This document shows positions 19,702 to 27,823 of a stretch of 64,000 nt of DNA, in pieces. The number at the start of each line of letters is the position of its first letter. The first letter of the stretch is position 1. The notes under the pieces were generated by a model that had not been told where the DNA came from, ran no database searches, and worked only from the letters and a program-made list of their open reading frames with translations. Origin of the DNA: Anaerolineales bacterium (GTDB lineage Bacteria; Chloroflexota; Anaerolineae; Aggregatilineales; J027); the NCBI GenBank assembly GCA_020634155.1, contig JACKCI010000001.1:982711-1046710 (forward strand), read 5' to 3'. The position numbers and the translations under genes are program-made.

Positions 19702-19907
19702 AAATTGCTATATGCTTATATTACGAACATTTGTCTGAGGTGGTGGAGATAAATTGACTGATGCGTATCAAAGTTCCAGAAATGAAATCTCTGATCTTGC
19801 CTTATTGATTGGGCTTCGCTCTAAAGGTTCAAGTATCCATGGTTTTTCATCAGTCAAAAAGACTCCACTACCTTGTCTGAGCCATTGATGCACAAGGAAC
19901 TCCACTT

Positions 19908-21194
19908 ATGAATAGTAAGCACCTGCTCAGTAGAAGTCTAGCATTGTCCCTCATCCTACTGCTGATACTCGCCGCTGTAGGCTGTACCTCAAAAGATGAT
20001 GAAACCAAGGATAAGACCCACACACCGTCCATTGCGATTCTGCAAATGGCCCCCATCATCTTTGACCCCGTCGTGGACGGCTTCAAGACTGAAATGGCTA
20101 CCCTTGGCTATACTGAGGGTCAGAATATCAACTATACCCTTGTTGTCTCACCCGACTCCACAATGGGTGTTGTTGAGGAAGCCTTAGAAAAGAATGATTT
20201 TGATGTACTGGTGATTATTCCCGCTGGGGTCAAACCCAATAGCTATGTGTTAGGGCTTCAGGAGTTGGGCAACACGCCGATTGTGTTCACACCGGGCGGC
20301 ACCGACCCTGTAGTAGAAGGCTATGCCGAAAGCCTCACCAAACCCAACATGAATGTTACGGGTGTCTTGGTAGCAGAAGCAGATGAGCGTCGTTTTCAGT
20401 TATTTCTTGAAATGCTCCCTAATGCCAACCGTATCGCAATACCCTATGACGCAACCAACCCCACCAGTGCCGCCGCCCTTGCCAATATTCAGGCCCTAGC
20501 CAATGTTGCTGGTGTTGAGCTTCTGCTATACGATATTCCAGTCGGAGATGCCGAGGCGACGCCTAACGCCATTGCCCAACTACCTGATGATGTCGATGGC
20601 ATTTTTGTACTCAAGGTATGGGCAACTGTTCCTTGGCTAGAAATCTCCGCCCAGCGACGTATCCCCAACTCAGTTGATAGCGCTGATACCGAGGGATTCC
20701 ATGTGTTGGCCTATGGCCCTAGCCTTCGCAAAATGGGCGAGCAAGCCGCTGGCCTCGTCTCGCAAATCCTGAATGGCACCCCCGCAGGCGACCTCCCCAT
20801 TGAGACCTCCGAGTTTGTATTGACCATCAATCTCGGCGCAGCCAATGCTATCGGGTTGACCATCCCAACCGGCCTGCTTGAGCAAGCCCAAGAAATCAGA
20901 CGCGACGAGGTACTCTTGCCCGCCGCTGTGCCAACTGAATCAGTGGTTGGGGCCTGCAACGCCCAAGTGACCAGCCCCGGTGGTACCAACACCATCTGTG
21001 TGACCACCGCCTGTAGTGGACTCACCAGCAGTGCCTTCCTCAGCTATAGTGACCAGACCGACGTAGAGGCCTGTTCAACTGAGGCAGTCGTTGGTATCTG
21101 CTCCACCAGTGCCTATGATATTTACTACTACGATGGGCAAGCATCATCCTTGGCAACGGGCTGCGGCTTCCTGTCGGGTACATGGCAGGAGTGA
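19908..21194 (+). CDS. ABC-transporter-type substrate-binding lipoprotein (ABC_sub_bind/BMP-like) with Cys-rich C-terminal tail
   Basis: Lipobox LAAVGC. SIAILQMAPIIFDPVVDGFKTEMATLGYTEGQNINY matches the family N-terminal pattern. The last 85 aa or so contain 8 Cys. Confidence 0.7.
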   Translation: MNSKHLLSRSLALSLILLLILAAVGCTSKDDETKDKTHTPSIAILQMAPIIFDPVVDGFKTEMATLGYTEGQNINYTLVVSPDSTMGVVEEALEKNDFDVLVIIPAGVKPNSYVLGLQELGNTPIVFTPGGTDPVVEGYAESLTKPNMNVTGVLVAEADERRFQLFLEMLPNANRIAIPYDATNPTSAAALANIQALANVAGVELLLYDIPVGDAEATPNAIAQLPDDVDGIFVLKVWATVPWLEISAQRRIPNSVDSADTEGFHVLAYGPSLRKMGEQAAGLVSQILNGTPAGDLPIETSEFVLTINLGAANAIGLTIPTGLLEQAQEIRRDEVLLPAAVPTESVVGACNAQVTSPGGTNTICVTTACSGLTSSAFLSYSDQTDVEACSTEAVVGICSTSAYDIYYYDGQASSLATGCGFLSGTWQE

Positions 21195-21201
21195 GCCTAT
21201 C

Positions 21202-23532
21202 ATGCTGAGACGCCTTCGTGTCCAACAGACGCTCTTCGCCTTATTCGTAGCGCTCACGCCGCTGTTTATTGTGACGGCTATCATCGCCCAACGCAGCTTC
21301 AGCACCCTTGAGGAAGAGGCCATTCGGTCTCAAGGCCAAGAAGCGCGAGTCGCCGCCACTGAGATCGAATCCTTCATCCAAGGTCGTGAGAATCAACTGC
21401 GCTTGGTGAGTGAAGTCCGCAGTATCGGCACCCTCAGCCAAGCCGAGCAACAAACCATCCTGAGCGGATTGTTGGCCTACGATTCCGCTTATCAAGAACT
21501 AACCCTGCTGAACGCGGATGGTGCTGAGGTCGTGCGGGTATCCCGAAGTGAGTCGTTTGCGCCTGATGAATTGGGAAATCGGAACACTGATGTAGCCTTT
21601 GTCCAACCCCGCGACACAGGCGAAGCTTATTTTAGCGAGGTGCGTTTTGATGAGGTGGTGCGTGAGCCTCTCATTACCATTGCTGTGCCTATCATCAACC
21701 TTACATCAGGCCAAGCTAGTCATGTACTGGTTGCCGAGTTCCGCTTCCGCCCCATCTGGGACTTAATCGCTCAACTCAAGGGCAACCAAACCACCACCGA
21801 TGTTTTTGTCACGGACACTCAGGGGCGTCTGGTCGCCCATGCCAATCCCTCGCTGGTCTTGCGCGAAACCACCTTTGACCTCCCCAAAGAAAATGGGGCT
21901 GCGACAGGTCTCGAAGGTGATGAAGTCATCTTGGCTCGTGAAGCCATCAATTATGGCAACCAATCCTTAGTCGTCATTGCCGAGCGTGATTACTCCGATG
22001 CCCTCAGCCTCGCCAACGACATTCTGCGAATCAGCATCACGATTGTGGTCATCTCGGCGATTGCGGTACTGATCTTTGTATCGTTGGCCCTCACCCAATT
22101 GATTGGCCCCATTGCCCGCCTGACCAAAACCGCCAAGGTCATTAGTGAGGGGAATCTTGCCGCCGCCGCGCAAGTATCTGGCCCCACTGAAATTCGTGAA
22201 CTGGCACAGTCCTTCAATAGCATGACGGGCCAACTTCGAGATTTGATTAGCAACCTTGAGACACGGGTCAATGAACGTACCCATGACCTACAAATTGCCG
22301 CGACGGTATCCACCCAGATTACCACCCTCTTAGATACCAACGAGCTATTAACGGAAGTTAGCAAGCAGTTGCAGGAGGGGTTTGATTTTTATCATACGGG
22401 GGTATTCCTGTATGACGAAGAGACACAGCATCTGCAATTGGCGGCTCGTACCGGGCGTGATAGCACCGCTATTGGGGAAAACTTCTCAATGACTCTAGAC
22501 GCCCAAGGTCTGATTCCCAAGGCCGCCCGTAATCGTGAGCCAATCGTCGCCAACAATGTTGCTGTTGAACCCGACTATACGCGACACCCTGCTCTAACCC
22601 AAACTCAAGCCGAGTTAACCATCCCGATGGTTGTCGGCGGCAACCTCATCGGGGTATTGGACTTGCAGTCTGACAAACAAGACCGCTTCGGGGCTGATGA
22701 GCTACAGGTACTCCCCACCCTCGCCCAGCAAATCGGTATTGCTATCGTCAATGCCCGTTCCTACTCGGATGCCGAAGAAGCCCGCCAGATTGCCGAAGAG
22801 TCCAACAAGGTCAAATCGCAATTCTTAGCGAACATGTCCCACGAATTGCGGACACCGCTTAACGCTATTTTGAACTTCACGGGCTTTGTTGCCGATGGGT
22901 TGATGGGTGAAGTCAATGAGCGCCAAGTCACTGCCCTCAATCAATCTATCACCAGTGGCAAGCATCTTCTATCACTGATTAATGACATCCTCGACATCAC
23001 CAAGATTGAGGCAGGTCTGATGGACTTATTCATCCAAGAAGTCGATATGAATGAGATTATCAGCGCGGGGGTCTCCGTGGGCAAAGGGCTGGTCAAAGAT
23101 AAGCCTATCAAACTCTTTGATGAGATTGATACAGATTTACCCGTCACCTTTGGTGATAAGCGCCGCTTGCGCCAAGTCCTCCTTAACATGATTTCCAATG
23201 CCGTGAAGTTCACCCCCGAAGGAACCGTGACAGTCACGGCCCGCCGTGCCGACAGCACGATCTTGATTACAGTAAAGGATACAGGCATCGGCATCGCGCC
23301 CGATGACCAACACTTGGTATTTGAATCCTTTAAGCAAGCCAAGCACGACCTTCACGATACCATAGGCACAGGACTCGGTATGCCTATCTCCAAGTTTTTT
23401 GTCGAATCGCATGGCGGTACAATCTGGCTGGAGAGCGAGGTGGGTGTCGGCACAACCTTCTTCGTTGAGCTGCCTATCTTGACGGAAGAACAGGCGAAAG
23501 CTCTCTCAGAGCAAATCGCGCAACCCGCCTAA
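21202..23532 (+). CDS. Sensor histidine kinase (extracytoplasmic sensor-HAMP-GAF-HisKA-HATPase)
   Basis: Two TM helices flank a sensor of about 280 aa. HAMP (IGPIARLTKTAKVISEGNL). GAF region. H-box MSHELRTPLNAI. N box NAVKFTPEG, G1 DTGIGI, G2 GTGLGMPISK. ATG at 21202. Confidence 0.9.
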   Translation: MLRRLRVQQTLFALFVALTPLFIVTAIIAQRSFSTLEEEAIRSQGQEARVAATEIESFIQGRENQLRLVSEVRSIGTLSQAEQQTILSGLLAYDSAYQELTLLNADGAEVVRVSRSESFAPDELGNRNTDVAFVQPRDTGEAYFSEVRFDEVVREPLITIAVPIINLTSGQASHVLVAEFRFRPIWDLIAQLKGNQTTTDVFVTDTQGRLVAHANPSLVLRETTFDLPKENGAATGLEGDEVILAREAINYGNQSLVVIAERDYSDALSLANDILRISITIVVISAIAVLIFVSLALTQLIGPIARLTKTAKVISEGNLAAAAQVSGPTEIRELAQSFNSMTGQLRDLISNLETRVNERTHDLQIAATVSTQITTLLDTNELLTEVSKQLQEGFDFYHTGVFLYDEETQHLQLAARTGRDSTAIGENFSMTLDAQGLIPKAARNREPIVANNVAVEPDYTRHPALTQTQAELTIPMVVGGNLIGVLDLQSDKQDRFGADELQVLPTLAQQIGIAIVNARSYSDAEEARQIAEESNKVKSQFLANMSHELRTPLNAILNFTGFVADGLMGEVNERQVTALNQSITSGKHLLSLINDILDITKIEAGLMDLFIQEVDMNEIISAGVSVGKGLVKDKPIKLFDEIDTDLPVTFGDKRRLRQVLLNMISNAVKFTPEGTVTVTARRADSTILITVKDTGIGIAPDDQHLVFESFKQAKHDLHDTIGTGLGMPISKFFVESHGGTIWLESEVGVGTTFFVELPILTEEQAKALSEQIAQPA

Positions 23533-23547
23533 AACGGAAAGGAACCA

Positions 23548-23964
23548 ATGAGTATGGACACTGCGAATCCGCGAATCCTCTATGTTGAAGACGATATGTT
23601 GAGCCGTTCCGTCGCTGAAATCTTGTTCACCCAAGTGTTAGGGTTTAAGCACATAACCACCTTCGAGAACAGTGAGAATTTCATCGACCGGCTGGAAAAG
23701 CTAGAAAACAAACCGGATGTCATCTTCCTAGATATTCAAATGCGCCCGCATGATGGCTATGAATTGCTGGAGATGCTTCGCAAACAACCCGACTATGCCG
23801 ATGCAACGGTGGTGGCTCTGACCGCCAACGTGATGGCCCATGATGTCGAAAAACTCAAGCAAGTTGGCTTTAATGGCTTAATTGGCAAACCGCTCATGCG
23901 TGAAATCTTCCCGCAGTTGGTGCAAAACATCATCGCAGGTCAAGCGGTTTGGTACATTCCCTAG
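23548..23964 (+). CDS. Single-domain response regulator (receiver only)
   Basis: YVEDD, phospho-acceptor FLDIQM, LTAN, GKPL. No output domain. Confidence 0.85.
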   Translation: MSMDTANPRILYVEDDMLSRSVAEILFTQVLGFKHITTFENSENFIDRLEKLENKPDVIFLDIQMRPHDGYELLEMLRKQPDYADATVVALTANVMAHDVEKLKQVGFNGLIGKPLMREIFPQLVQNIIAGQAVWYIP

Positions 23965-23988
23965 GACGTATTTAGAGAGGCAAAGTGT

Positions 23989-24402
23989 ATGTTGCTGACC
24001 GATAAACGTATTTTCGTCGTGGAGGATAATGTCGCCTACGCGAATATCCTCATGACCGCTCTACAAATGCAAGGGGCACAGACCTATTTTGACCGCTGGG
24101 GCACGCATACCATTAATCGGTTGCTACAACTCGGTCACATTGATATTATCTTGATGGACTTGATGTTGGCAAACAACATCAGTGGCTACGATGTCTTTGA
24201 TGAAATTCAAGCCATACCCGAACTCAGCACCATTCCAGTAGTAGTGGTAAGCGCCTCCGATGCTACCTTGGAAATGGATAAATGCAGAAAGAAAGGCTTT
24301 GCAGGTTTTATCAGCAAGCCCATTAGCTTGAAAACCCTACCCCAGACCATCGCACGTGTGCTAACGGGTACACCTGTTTGGGCTGATGAAGGCATTTATT
24401 AG
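23989..24402 (+). CDS. Single-domain response regulator (receiver only)
   Basis: VVEDN, LMDLML, VSAS, SKPI. No output domain. Confidence 0.85.
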   Translation: MLLTDKRIFVVEDNVAYANILMTALQMQGAQTYFDRWGTHTINRLLQLGHIDIILMDLMLANNISGYDVFDEIQAIPELSTIPVVVVSASDATLEMDKCRKKGFAGFISKPISLKTLPQTIARVLTGTPVWADEGIY

Positions 24403-24432
24403 TTCAGTTCTCATTCATAAGGAGTAGGTCAG

Positions 24433-24831
24433 GTGACCGATCTTGTTGGTAAATTGGCATTGATAATCGAGGATGATGCTACCAGCATCGCCGTCCTCCA
24501 ACAATTACTAGAGAATGTCGGGGTCGAAGCCGAAGTCATCACCGATAACTTCCGTATCTCCGATCACCTACAGCAAGCCCAACGCCCTGATGTCATTTTC
24601 CTTGATTTGGAGATGCCCCAAGCCAACGGCTATACAGTGTTAGAGTATATTCAACAGAATTCCAAGTTTGATGGCCTGCCAATTGTGGCCTACACTACCC
24701 ACATTAGCCATCTCAATGATGCCAAGAAGGCAGGCTTCCATAGCTTCCTCGGCAAGCCACTGGATGGCAAACTCTTTCGTGAACAACTCACCCGTATCCT
24801 AAATGATATTCCAGTGTGGGAAGTGCCCTAG
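24433..24831 (+). CDS. Single-domain response regulator (receiver only)
   Basis: GTG start 7 nt after AAGGAG. IIEDD, FLDLEM, YTTH, GKPL. No output domain. Confidence 0.85.
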   Translation: MTDLVGKLALIIEDDATSIAVLQQLLENVGVEAEVITDNFRISDHLQQAQRPDVIFLDLEMPQANGYTVLEYIQQNSKFDGLPIVAYTTHISHLNDAKKAGFHSFLGKPLDGKLFREQLTRILNDIPVWEVP

Positions 24832-24855
24832 AAATAACAGGCGGAGGTCATTACC

Positions 24856-25977
24856 ATGTATTGGCGCTTGATACTGCTCAGTTTAGCCATCATTGGGCTA
24901 ACGCTGCATCCCCGCCCCACTCAAGGGCAAGGAGCAGATGGTTCATTTTATACAGGCGCTGACCTCTCCTATCTCAATGAAATGGAAGATTGCGGGGCTG
25001 TCTACCAAGAAGGAGGCCGCCCCCAAGACATCTATGGCCTTTTTGCGGGCTATGGAGCCACCCTTGTCCGTACCCGTCTATGGCATACCCCCACATGGAC
25101 AGACTATAGCACCCTTGATGATGTGATTCGCACGTTTAGCCGAGCGCGGGATGCTGGCATGGCGACTCTACTCGCTATCCACTATTCGGATACGTGGGCC
25201 GACCCCAGCCACCAGACTATCCCCGCCGCGTGGGAGGACATTGACGAAGGGCCAGACCTTGAAGCCGCCGTTTATCAATACACCTATGATGTGATGATTG
25301 CCCTCCACGCCGAAGGCTTGGCACCTGCGTTTGTGCAGATTGGCAACGAAATCAACTCTGGCTTGATTAAGCGTGATGACACCATTGGCCTTGAATGGGG
25401 ACGCGATTCACGTTTGATTCTGGCAGGCATTCAAGCGGTGCGGGACTTTGGTCAAGCGACGGACAGCACCCCTCAAATCGTCCTACACATTGCACAACCC
25501 GAAAATGCGATGGGGTGGCTCATTGATGGCGAAGCGCATGGCATCACAGACTTTGATGTCATCGGCCTATCCTACTACCCACAATGGAGTCCCTACACCA
25601 TTGATGAAGTCGGGCAACAGGTCGATATGCTGCGCCAACACTTTGGCAAAGAAGTGATGATAGTCGAGACCGCCTATCCTTGGACAAACGACTATGCCGA
25701 TTCCGCCAACAATATCCTCAGCCAAGAATTAGCAGGCTATCCGGTCAGTATCGAAGGCCAGCGTCAATTCATGCTGGATTTGACGCAAACCCTCATCAAC
25801 CATCAGGCGCTAGGGGTCGTGTATTGGGAGCCAGCGTGGGTATCAACGGGCTGCTCTACCCCTTGGGGGCGTGGCTCACATTGGGAAAACGCCACCTTCT
25901 TTGACTTCCAACATGACAATGAACTGCTACCCGTGATTGACTTTCTCGCCCTACGGCCTAGCGCAACCGAGGAGTAA
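24856..25977 (+). CDS. Arabinogalactan endo-beta-1,4-galactanase (GH53)
   Basis: Signal peptide. VQIGNEINSG (acid/base Glu) and MIVETAYPW (nucleophile Glu). YYPQWS. Confidence 0.85.
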   Translation: MYWRLILLSLAIIGLTLHPRPTQGQGADGSFYTGADLSYLNEMEDCGAVYQEGGRPQDIYGLFAGYGATLVRTRLWHTPTWTDYSTLDDVIRTFSRARDAGMATLLAIHYSDTWADPSHQTIPAAWEDIDEGPDLEAAVYQYTYDVMIALHAEGLAPAFVQIGNEINSGLIKRDDTIGLEWGRDSRLILAGIQAVRDFGQATDSTPQIVLHIAQPENAMGWLIDGEAHGITDFDVIGLSYYPQWSPYTIDEVGQQVDMLRQHFGKEVMIVETAYPWTNDYADSANNILSQELAGYPVSIEGQRQFMLDLTQTLINHQALGVVYWEPAWVSTGCSTPWGRGSHWENATFFDFQHDNELLPVIDFLALRPSATEE

Positions 25978-27340
25978 TCACCCGTCCAGTTGGTGCTTCA
26001 AACGCGGCAAGGGGTTGGTTGGTCAGGTGGCTCAAAACCATGCAGGCACAGCCACGAGCGGTCACTTCGTCGCTCTCAATCAGCACCAATTCACGCCTCA
26101 ACGCATCGGCCATGATTTGGGGCCACACAGCGGATTGCCGCAACGCGCCACCCCCGCCGTAGACTCGCTCAACCGATTCAGCATTGGGCAGTCGTTCAGC
26201 AATCAGCGCCAACTGATGGGCTACCCCTTCTAAAGCAGCCTGAAGAATATCTACCGCCGAGGTTGTCAGCCGCAAGCCATGTATGCTACCCGTCGCGTGT
26301 GGATTCCAATTCGGGCTACGTTCCCCCGCCAGATGGGGTACAAAGGTCAAGCCGTGCGTATGGGAGAGGCGTTGGATGATTTGCTGCTCGGCGTCCGGTG
26401 GCAGATTTAGAGTGTCTCTAGCCCACTGATAGACATTGCCGCCCTCGCTGGTCGCTCCACCAATCAGATGACGGGTCGCATCCACCCGATAGGCCCATAA
26501 GCCCTGTGGCACAGGTGGCATAAAATCGCTGCTTATCATTCGCAAGGCCGCCGTCGTCCCAACCGTTAAGGCCATGCTGCACTCATCCAATACGCCGACG
26601 CCAATCGTTGCCGCTGCACCATCCCCGACTGCCAAATAAATTGGCACCTCCAGCAGATGGGGCCAACGTAGAGCATAGCTTGGCTGTAGGCCGTGTTGTG
26701 TCGCGGTGTAATCTGCCAGTGTAGGAAACTGCTGTGGGGTCATACCCAAGGCCCGAAGCCAGACATCATCCCATGTCAGCGTGTCGCGGTTGAGCAGGCC
26801 GCTCCATGAAGCCATTGAATAGCTCATAGGGACATCAACACCGAACCACTGGCGATACAGATAACTGCCAAAATCAACCCACTGCCGCACCTGCTGCACT
26901 ACATCAGGTTGGGTGCGGTGGAGCCATGCCAATTGACCCGGCCAATAGGCGGTATGGTGGGGACACCCCGTGCGCTGAAGCGTATCGCTTGCCAGATAAG
27001 TGTGGCGAAGTGTCTCAAGATCAGCACTAGAGCGGCTATCGGCATAAGTTAGTAGTGGGGTCAGGGGTTGGTTATCGGCACCAAGACCAATACAATTGCT
27101 GGCAAAAGTCGTCAGGCCAACGGCTTGAATGGTAGCAGCCGCAGGATGCTGCAACACCTCATCTATACAGCGCTCAACACGGTGCTGCAATGCCTCAACT
27201 TCAAAATAAGCCGCCCCTGCCCTATCAGTTTGCATCTGGTGCTGATGCTGTACGAATGCGGCTGGAATCAGTCGGGCGCTACTATCGAATAGCAACGCCC
27301 GCACCGATGAACTGCCAATATCAATCACAAGGACAGTCAT
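25958..27340 (-). CDS. FGGY-family carbohydrate kinase (gluconokinase/xylulokinase-like)
   Basis: VLVIDIGSSSVRALLFD N-terminus, GGATSEGGNV, GGGALRQSAVWPQIMADAL. ATGA overlap with the upstream gene. Confidence 0.85.
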   Translation of the reverse strand: MTVLVIDIGSSSVRALLFDSSARLIPAAFVQHQHQMQTDRAGAAYFEVEALQHRVERCIDEVLQHPAAATIQAVGLTTFASNCIGLGADNQPLTPLLTYADSRSSADLETLRHTYLASDTLQRTGCPHHTAYWPGQLAWLHRTQPDVVQQVRQWVDFGSYLYRQWFGVDVPMSYSMASWSGLLNRDTLTWDDVWLRALGMTPQQFPTLADYTATQHGLQPSYALRWPHLLEVPIYLAVGDGAAATIGVGVLDECSMALTVGTTAALRMISSDFMPPVPQGLWAYRVDATRHLIGGATSEGGNVYQWARDTLNLPPDAEQQIIQRLSHTHGLTFVPHLAGERSPNWNPHATGSIHGLRLTTSAVDILQAALEGVAHQLALIAERLPNAESVERVYGGGGALRQSAVWPQIMADALRRELVLIESDEVTARGCACMVLSHLTNQPLAAFEAPTGRVITPRLR

Positions 27341-27810
27341 GGCATATCAGCCAATGCCTCAGCCACCGTCTGCTGTCCACTCGCCACTGCCGCAAGGGTG
27401 GAACCGAAGGTCGCCAATAAGAATTGAATGGTATCTACTGCCTCAATCACCGTCGCATGAGAGAAGTTCTTGCTCTCGAAGACCAGCAGGTGACGAAACA
27501 CCGCTTGCACCGGATACCGCATCAGGCCAAAGCCAACCAACGGAATAATGCCATTGAGATAGGCCATGAACTCTGCCGCCGCCGTCACCTGTGTTACCGC
27601 AAAGGGCAAGGACGCATAGCACTGCAAATAATCGACTTCACCCACCGCATCCTCACCCGCTACCGCCTGAGCATCCGAGACGCGGGCCAATTCAAGGGTC
27701 GTATCGTCAAGGGTTATGTACACATGCGGCACATCTTTGCCCTTGTCATAGCGTGCCTCAAAGTCCGCCTTCTTAAGTGCTTTCTGCAATTCCTGTAAGG
27801 CATCTGCCAT
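27337..27810 (-). CDS. Small acidic cytoplasmic protein, possibly YbjN/secretion-chaperone-like fold
   Basis: 157 aa, no signal peptide or TM. RBS GGAGAAG. The hydrophobic periodicity of LQCYASLPFAVTQVTAAAEFMAYLNGIIPLVGFGL...VFESKNFSHATVIEAVDTIQFLL resembles my recollection of E. coli YbjN. The functional call is tentative. Confidence 0.4.
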   Translation of the reverse strand: MADALQELQKALKKADFEARYDKGKDVPHVYITLDDTTLELARVSDAQAVAGEDAVGEVDYLQCYASLPFAVTQVTAAAEFMAYLNGIIPLVGFGLMRYPVQAVFRHLLVFESKNFSHATVIEAVDTIQFLLATFGSTLAAVASGQQTVAEALADMP

Positions 27811-27823
27811 CGGTATCTTCTCC

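Noticed and set aside
19825-19842. Possible degenerate att-site copy of the tRNA T-arm (AGGTTCAAGTATCCATGG versus AGGTTCGAATCCTACGTGG) at the far end of the AT-rich islet.
   Set aside because: - The match is short and gapped, so it could easily arise by chance.
- No integrase is present.
- This is not sufficient to define island borders.
21091-21201. Upstream extension of the histidine kinase ORF overlapping the binding-protein gene by about 100 nt.
   Set aside because: The extension has no kinase-family sequence. The ATG at 21202 lies 7 nt after the upstream stop and begins the basic-hydrophobic TM segment.
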